Under the pieces are notes generated by a model that searched no databases, was not told the origin of the DNA, and worked only from the letters and a program-made list of their open reading frames with translations. From the IMG/VR virus record IMGVR_UViG_3300014705_000033: a DNA stretch of 4,130 bases, one strand, 5' to 3'. This document shows positions 1 to 4,130 of this stretch, one piece after another. Source of the DNA: a virus (Duplodnaviria; Heunggongvirae; Uroviricota; Caudoviricetes). The position numbers were made by a program, and so were the translations under genes. The number at the start of each line of letters is the position of its first letter. Position 1 is the first letter of the stretch.

Positions 1-1173
1 GCACTGGCTGCAACCTCCGGCGCAGCGCCCAGTGTCAGAAAGGTGGAACCCAGTGCCGCCGCTTTACGATAATCCAGACGGTCAGCCACACCGCCCAGAC
101 GTTGCATGACATCAATGATGTCCGCCCCTTTCGACATGGCGTTATCATCCAGATAGTTCAGCGCATCGCCGAGCTGTTCAATATTGCGGGTAGGTATTTT
201 GTAGAGCTGGGCGATTTTCCCCAGACTTTCTGACAGTTCATCCGCTGGCAGCTCAAAGGCTGTTGCCGCCTTTGCCGCCGTACTGGCGAAGTCCAGCAGG
301 TCACGTTTCTGGTCTTCCCAGCTGTCGTCAGGGTTTGCGACGTTCATACGCGCACCACCTTCAACCAGTGCAGCGAAGTCCACCGCACCGTTTTCCATCG
401 GCAACTGTTCGCTGGCNNNNNNNNNNCTTGATGGCATCCTGCATTTCATAAAAACGTGCAGTGCGGTTGCCATTATCGTCACGCAGACCATTGACCTGCT
501 TTGCCACACCTTTCATGGCATCTTCCATGCTGGTATAGCTTTTTACTGCCGCCATCACTGGTGTCCCCATTGCCAGCCCTGCAGCCGTGGTGGTGGCTCC
601 GGCTCCTGCAATACGATCACGCACCTCCAGCGAACGGGCATAACTGGCACGCGCCGCATTCATCCTGCGCTGAGCTTCCCCCAGTCGCTTCAGCCGCGCC
701 TCCTGTTTCGACAATTCCTGGTTATAACGCGATGTTTCACGGGCTAAACGGGCAGTTGCTCCCGCATCATCTTTCGCAGAAATTCCCGCCCGATACAGTT
801 CTGCACGCACAAGCGCCGTTTGCTTCTGCAAATATTTTTGTTGTTCTTCCAGGCGTTGGACTGCCAGCGTTTGCCGACCTAAAGCCACAAGGTGCCGTTG
901 TGATGGTTGTTCCATCGCTTCCAGCTCAGAACTAAGCAAATTTGCCTTCTGTCTGGCATAGTTCAGCCTGTCGCCTAACCTTTTGTTATCGGCCTGCAGC
1001 TTGCGAAATTTTTCCAGGCTGTTACCCGCCTGATTGAGTTGCTTTAATGCGTCACGGGAGTTTCTGATTGCGCCAGCCAGCTCTTTCGAACTGGCCTGTG
1101 CAGCACGGAATGGGCGGGTGAGTTTGTCAACCGCATTAAGAATGACCTGCAGGCGCAGGTTATTATCACTCAT
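1..1173 (-). CDS. T: Phage tail tape measure protein (P2 gpT-like), N-terminal part; C-terminus lies beyond the left edge of the window. Interrupted by the N-run at 417-426, with the reading frame changing across the gap.
   Basis: ATG at 1173-1171 opens MSDNNLRLQVILNAVDKLTRP..., followed by a long Q/R/E/L/A-rich segment with coiled-coil character typical of tape measure proteins. Left of the gap a different frame (codons from 416 downward) stays open to position 1 and translates to ...DALNYLDDNAMSKGADIIDVMQRLGGVADRLDYRKAAALGSTFLTLGAAPEVAAS, which I recognise as tape-measure core sequence. Gene order after E/E' matches P2 (FI-FII-E-E'-T). Confidence 0.88.
417..426. other. Assembly gap (10 N) inside the tape measure gene
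   Basis: Run of n characters. The coding frame to its right (codon boundary at 427) and to its left (codon start at 416) differ, so the N-run is a placeholder and not a length-preserving mask. Confidence 0.9.
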
Positions 1174-1602
1174 CGTTGGCCCCGCTTCTCTGAATCGCTT
1201 TATACCGCCATTCCAGCACTTCTGTCAGCGGCATAACGTCAGTAACGGATGGCGGCCAGTGAAAAATGGTGGCGATATCTGCCACCAGATCGTCAACCGT
1301 CAGGCTGTCGGTAAACCGGCAAGCACCGACTTCTTCAACAAAAAAGTGACAACCTCAACCGACATGGCAGTGAGATCTGCCGGGTCCATCTCTGCAATTT
1401 CCTGTGCGGTCAGTGCCGGGCTGGAGATGCGGGGGATCACGGTCATCATCGCGTTCACATCCATATCCATAATGGCCTGCAGGCGCGTACCGCGCAGCGC
1501 ACCGGACTGCGGTTTACGCAGCACAATTTCGGTGATTTCAGTTTTACCACGCTTGATGGGGGTATCCAGTTGAATGGTCTTTTCAGTCTGCTTATCGCTC
1601 AT
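1166..1602 (-). CDS. E': Tail assembly chaperone E+E' fusion made by a programmed -1 ribosomal frameshift (about 145 aa); the E' extension ends at TGA 1168-1166, overlapping the T start codon
   Basis: Slippery heptamer T_TTT_TTG sits in the E zero frame (ACT TTT TTG) at minus-strand 1345->1339. The -1 frame from 1339 is open for 57 codons (VEEVGACRFTDSLTVDDLVADIATIFHWPPSVTDVMPLTEVLEWRYKAIQRSGANDE*). Its stop overlaps the T ATG in the sequence ATGAGTGA. Confidence 0.8.
1300..1602 (-). CDS. E: Phage tail assembly chaperone, P2 gpE-like (zero-frame product, 100 aa)
   Basis: ORF MSDKQTEKTIQLDTPIKRGKTEITEIVLRKPQSGALRGTRLQ...LTAQEIAEMDPADL... resembles P2 gpE in size and pattern. It sits between the tube gene and the tape measure gene. 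A possible AGGA Shine-Dalgarno lies about 8 nt upstream of the ATG. Confidence 0.88.
   Translation of the reverse strand: MSDKQTEKTIQLDTPIKRGKTEITEIVLRKPQSGALRGTRLQAIMDMDVNAMMTVIPRISSPALTAQEIAEMDPADLTAMSVEVVTFLLKKSVLAGLPTA
1339..1345 (-). other. -1 programmed ribosomal frameshift slippery site (TTTTTTG), with a candidate downstream stimulatory hairpin at 1307-1330
   Basis: X_XXY_YYZ heptamer in the correct register of gene E. Eight nucleotides downstream on the mRNA is a perfect 6-bp inverted repeat GUCGGU...ACCGAC with a 12-nt loop (1330->1307). Confidence 0.75.
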
Positions 1603-2144
1603 TTTGCTGTCCTGTAAATTGGGTCCTGGGGCGGGGGTGCGCGCCCCCCCCANNNNNNNNNNAGGTCCACGCCATCAACGATTTCAATCATGTTGATCAC
1701 ATCAACCTCATAGAGCACCTCGCCGTTAATGGTCAGCTTCGCGTAGCTGTTGGTACTGGTCACTTTGGTGGTGTTGCTTTCGCCCGTCTTCCACTCGCCG
1801 GAATCCACTTCTTTGTGACGCCCACGCACGACAAGCTCCACGGCCTGCACTTCCCCGGTATCGTCACGCTGGATAGAGCCGGTAAAGCGCAGTTGGATGC
1901 CATCCACCGTGGATTTGCCCATCTGCTTAAACAGCAGCAGTTCAGTACCACCAATGGAAAATTCTGTGTCCAGAGCACTGTCATCAAGCCCCAGATCCAC
2001 ATCCACCGCCCCCGGCATTCCGCCGCCGCGATACTTCTCATATTTGCGGGTGAATTTCGGCAGCGTCAGCGACTCAACGATCCCCTGCCAGTTGTTCCCG
2101 TCGTTAAACAGGTTCAGGTGTTTTAATTTGCGTGGTAAAGCCAT
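1599..2144 (-). CDS. FII: Phage tail tube protein, P2 gpFII-like. The 3' end is uncertain because the reading frame runs into the N-run at 1653-1662; 1599 is only the ORF-track stop after the gap.
   Basis: ATG at 2144-2142 opens MALPRKLKHLNLFNDGNNWQGIVESLTLPKFTRK..., matching my recall of the P2 FII N-terminus (MALPRKLK.LNLFNDG). A Shine-Dalgarno AAGGGGA overlaps the FI stop, 9 nt from the ATG. About 160 codons are read before the gap, against about 172 aa expected for P2 FII. Confidence 0.85.
   Translation of the reverse strand: MALPRKLKHLNLFNDGNNWQGIVESLTLPKFTRKYEKYRGGGMPGAVDVDLGLDDSALDTEFSIGGTELLLFKQMGKSTVDGIQLRFTGSIQRDDTGEVQAVELVVRGRHKEVDSGEWKTGESNTTKVTSTNSYAKLTINGEVLYEVDVINMIEIVDGVDXXXXWGGRAPPPQDPIYRTAK
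1653..1662. other. Assembly gap (10 N) at the 3' end of FII, next to a G/C homopolymer tract
   Basis: Run of n characters immediately preceded on the plus strand by GGGGCGGGGGTGCGCGCCCCCCCC (1628-1651). Confidence 0.9.
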
Positions 2145-2153
2145 GTTATCCCC

Positions 2154-3323
2154 TTACGCGCTGACCTGGCTGGAGAAATTCACCAGGTACTGATCGGTGA
2201 TGCGCTGACGCAGCATCAGGTTTTCAAGTGGCGGCACTGGCGTGTAGTCGTAGTCGATGGTGAGCTTCCCGGCTTTCAGAGTATCTTTGTCGTTCACCGA
2301 CTCATCCAGCCAGCAATCACCACCAATGAGATAGCCCTGACTGACCAGGCTGCGCATTTTGGCGCGGATACCTTCGATAATGTCGCGGGCCAACGACGGG
2401 TTCAGCGGTTTGTCCACCGCCCACATATGCGCTTCTGCCATTGTGTCCATAAGTACCTGCGCCGTGCGGGTGTAGTTTTCGAAGGCAAAGAGCGGGTCAT
2501 CACTCAGGCAGCGGGAACCCCAGAAGCGGAAACCGTCTTTGCGGATAAGGGTGGTAACGTCGTTCTGGTTCAGCAGTCCCGCATCTGTTGCCGTGTCCTG
2601 CAGATCCCAGAACACATCAGCAGAAATTCCGGTGACACCGTTAACGCCCACGTTGGACAGGCTTTTGTGCCATCCGGTCTGCTCGTCAATTTTAGCGCGC
2701 AGACCAAGCGCACGGGCGGTGGCATAAGCCGTTGCTTCGGCATTCAGCACCGTGTCCCAGCCAGTAAAGTCGGGCCAGATCAGCATTCCTTCACGCTGAC
2801 TGAAGTTTTCACGGTAAGTGATCGCCTCCTGCACTGTCTTGCAGCCATACGCTGACAGGTAAGCAAACCCACGCAGGCTTTGCGCCACGCTCAGCAACTC
2901 AGTCGCAACGGCTTTGTTATCGTGGCCTGGCACGCCGAGAATGCGCGGTTTAACGCCGAGCTGTGACTGGGCAGATAACAGAGCTTTCATGCCTGTTTTT
3001 TTACCTTCATCAGTCACTGCGCCGATGATATTAGTTGTGGTTTCTTCTTCCGTTTCACCCTGCGGCACACGCACAACGGTCACGGGTTTTGCCTGATCAG
3101 CAATTGCATCCAGCGAACGAGCCAGTGTGCCGGACTCGCCCGCCTTACCGCTGGCGGTCAGCACATCGGTCAGCAGGACCGGCTTATTGAGCGGAAACAT
3201 GGACGCATCAGCATCATCGCCGGTGCAGACCATGCCCACGATAGCGGTGCTCACCGTGGTAATGGATCGGGTGCCATCGTTGACTTCAACAACGCGCACC
3301 CCGTGGTGGTAATCCTGGGCCAT
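2154..3323 (-). CDS. FI: Phage contractile tail sheath protein, P2 gpFI-like (about 389 aa)
   Basis: Translation from the internal ATG at 3323-3321 begins [54 protein letters not shown]... and ends ...[24 protein letters not shown]..., co-linear with my recall of P2 FI (MSDYHHGVQVLEINEGTR...). GGAGAG Shine-Dalgarno about 9 nt upstream. The ORF-track start at 3416 adds 31 non-conserved codons and runs over the promoter and terminator region. Confidence 0.93.
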   Translation of the reverse strand: MAQDYHHGVRVVEVNDGTRSITTVSTAIVGMVCTGDDADASMFPLNKPVLLTDVLTASGKAGESGTLARSLDAIADQAKPVTVVRVPQGETEEETTTNIIGAVTDEGKKTGMKALLSAQSQLGVKPRILGVPGHDNKAVATELLSVAQSLRGFAYLSAYGCKTVQEAITYRENFSQREGMLIWPDFTGWDTVLNAEATAYATARALGLRAKIDEQTGWHKSLSNVGVNGVTGISADVFWDLQDTATDAGLLNQNDVTTLIRKDGFRFWGSRCLSDDPLFAFENYTRTAQVLMDTMAEAHMWAVDKPLNPSLARDIIEGIRAKMRSLVSQGYLIGGDCWLDESVNDKDTLKAGKLTIDYDYTPVPPLENLMLRQRITDQYLVNFSSQVSA

Positions 3324-3397
3324 AAGGCAGTCTCTCCAATTTACAGGGGGTGTGCCTATGTTCTGGTTAATAAGCGCGCGCCGCACGCGCCGGGCTA

Positions 3398-3415
3398 TGT
3401 GTGGGGAATGACACA
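3398..3415 (-). promoter_or_regulatory. Candidate Ogr/Delta-type late-activator binding dyad (TGT-N12-ACA) of a P_F-like late promoter driving FI-FII-E-T
   Basis: TGTGTGGGGAATGACACA has the TGT-N12-ACA form, centred about 83 nt upstream of the FI ATG. A possible -10 TATTAA lies at minus-strand 3372->3367. The position between G and FI matches the P2 P_F promoter. Confidence 0.45.
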
Positions 3416-3426
3416 ATGGAAAGGAC

Positions 3427-3450
3427 AGAAAAATCCCCGCAGGTGCGGGG
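3427..3450 (-). terminator. Candidate rho-independent terminator downstream of gene G
   Basis: Minus-strand CCCCGCACCTGCGGGG (6-7 bp GC stem, short loop) followed directly by ATTTTTCT, starting 6 nt after the G stop codon. Confidence 0.5.
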
Positions 3451-3456
3451 ACGGGA

Positions 3457-3933
3457 TTAATCTTTGGGCGGCTCAGGCCAGTTAATATCAGGTGCCAGCG
3501 ATGTATCCACCCGCATCAGCAATACGCGGTATTTTCGCCAGGCATCATAGCGGCTCTTTTCTTCGTCTGTTGCCATATCCAGTTCAACAGCATCCTGCAG
3601 CGGAGATATCGCGGTACCTGCTTCGGATAACAACGTAGATCTCCGTAGCTCAGCATCAGCTATTAGATCTGCCGACTTTCGCGTTACGGCTGCATCTGTC
3701 ATAACCCAGGTATTGCCAGCTGCATCCCATGAATGGTATTTATCAGGGCGCGGTTGAGAAATGTTGTATTTATCGGCAACCAGATAAACCACCCGGTCAC
3801 TATTTATTGCATTAAAAAAACGGGCATATTGCTCATTATCTATCGCCTGAACATCTGAGGGTAAATCGTCGACTATTGCGTTTTCCTCATAATTATCATC
3901 GTAGAATGATTGGGTGCTAACTGAAAATCTCAT
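3457..3933 (-). CDS. G: Tail fibre assembly protein / chaperone (P2 gpG-like, Tfa family), 158 aa
   Basis: C-terminus ...[36 protein letters not shown] matches the conserved Tfa C-terminal motif as I recall it. It lies immediately upstream of FI, as gene G does in P2. GAGGG Shine-Dalgarno about 6 nt before the ATG at 3933. Confidence 0.82.
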   Translation of the reverse strand: MRFSVSTQSFYDDNYEENAIVDDLPSDVQAIDNEQYARFFNAINSDRVVYLVADKYNISQPRPDKYHSWDAAGNTWVMTDAAVTRKSADLIADAELRRSTLLSEAGTAISPLQDAVELDMATDEEKSRYDAWRKYRVLLMRVDTSLAPDINWPEPPKD

Positions 3934-3946
3934 TTAATGCCCTCAT

Positions 3947-4129
3947 TTAATAGCCAATTGCAAGATATGAGCCATTCATCGATGCGTTTGGGGTACGGCA
4001 TTGAAAACCAAAAATCCCATAAGTTTTTGTCTTGCCCAGACTCCATGCCATCTCTTGCTGCCCGACACCACTAACATCAGATGAACCGCCTGTTATCACC
4101 TGGAAAACCGCATTGGGGAAAGCAACTGG
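3947..4129 (-). CDS. Putative C-terminal end of a tail fibre protein (H-like); 5'-truncated by the window edge
   Basis: A minus-strand frame is open from the window edge for 60 codons (...FQVITGGSSDVSGVGQQEMAWSLGKTKTYGIFGFQCRTPNASMNGSYLAIGY*), with its TAA stop at 3949-3947, 13 nt before the G start. Position matches H in the P2 order H-G-FI. I do not recognise the sequence itself. Confidence 0.4.
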   Translation of the reverse strand, partial: PVAFPNAVFQVITGGSSDVSGVGQQEMAWSLGKTKTYGIFGFQCRTPNASMNGSYLAIGY

Positions 4130-4130
4130 C

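Noticed and set aside
263-451. 62-aa plus-strand ORF spanning the first N-run
   Set aside because: It reads through the gap placeholder and is antisense to the tape measure gene, so it is an artefact.
501-935. 144-aa plus-strand ORF antisense to the tape measure gene
   Set aside because: Pro/Leu/Trp-rich translation typical of the antisense frame of a GC-rich gene. No Shine-Dalgarno and no homology recognised.
1034-1573. 179-aa plus-strand ORF antisense to the E/E'/T junction
   Set aside because: It lies entirely opposite well-supported minus-strand tail genes, has Cys/Arg/Ser-rich low-complexity composition and no recognisable domain. It is most likely a shadow ORF in GC-rich coding DNA.
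1603-1652. GC-rich inverted repeat (GGGGGGGGCGCGCACCCCCGCCCC on the minus strand) between FII and E as a possible terminator
   Set aside because: No U-tract follows it and it sits inside a co-transcribed operon right next to the assembly gap. It is more likely a sequencing-problem region than a terminator.
1760-2126. Overlapping ORFs inside FII (1760-2041 minus, 1815-2126 plus, 1897-2193 plus)
   Set aside because: All are nested in alternative frames of the tail tube gene and are most likely frame artefacts.
2427-3312. Several 60-142-aa plus-strand ORFs inside FI (2427-2855, 2539-2727, 2914-3096, 3127-3312)
   Set aside because: They are antisense to the sheath gene and have no independent support.
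3374-3392. Alternating GC tract GCGCGCGCCGCACGCGC between the dyad and the putative -10
   Set aside because: It is only a short imperfect inverted repeat (GCGCG/CGCGC) with no U-tract or clear partner. It is probably GC-rich promoter spacer and not a discrete element.
3324-3416. Longer FI start at 3416 ([13 protein letters not shown]...), adding 31 codons, as given in the ORF track
   Set aside because: The extension has no sheath-like sequence and no convincing Shine-Dalgarno, and it overlaps the promoter dyad. The internal ATG at 3323 gives an N-terminus that lines up with P2 FI and has a GGAGAG Shine-Dalgarno.
3303-3485. 60-aa plus-strand ORF across the G-FI intergenic region, a possible small cargo gene at the Z/fun position
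   Set aside because: It runs antisense through the FI start, the promoter dyad and the terminator hairpin, with no Shine-Dalgarno. The region is better explained as regulatory DNA. It can be re-examined if homology is ever found.
1-4130. CRISPR arrays, tRNA or rRNA genes, transposase or IS ends, toxin-antitoxin pairs or other defence-type cargo
   Set aside because: No direct repeat arrays, no tRNA-like cloverleaf candidates, no terminal inverted repeats and no unassigned ORF space. Conserved tail genes and their short junctions account for the whole window.

Overview
This window reads as the tail-gene module of a P2-like (Peduovirus-type) myovirus prophage, or of a P2-derived phage-tail-like bacteriocin; all genes are on the minus strand. 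In transcription order (high to low coordinates) it holds: the 3' end of a putative tail-fibre gene (H-like), a tail fibre assembly gene (G-like), a short intergenic region with an intrinsic terminator and a candidate Ogr/Delta-type late promoter, the tail sheath gene (FI), the tail tube gene (FII), the tail assembly chaperone E with its -1 frameshift extension E', and the 5' part of the tape measure gene (T), which runs off the left edge. Protein identities are from my recall of the P2 proteins, not from a search. Two 10-nt N-runs (417-426 and 1653-1662) are assembly gaps that fall inside T and at the 3' end of FII. I do not see a novel defence or cargo system here: the G-FI junction, where P2 carries the accessory Z/fun gene, is only about 130 bp and holds no ORF. 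The points most worth a second look are the E/E' frameshift site, the empty accessory locus, the lower-GC H/G host-range cassette, and the gap-induced frame break in T.
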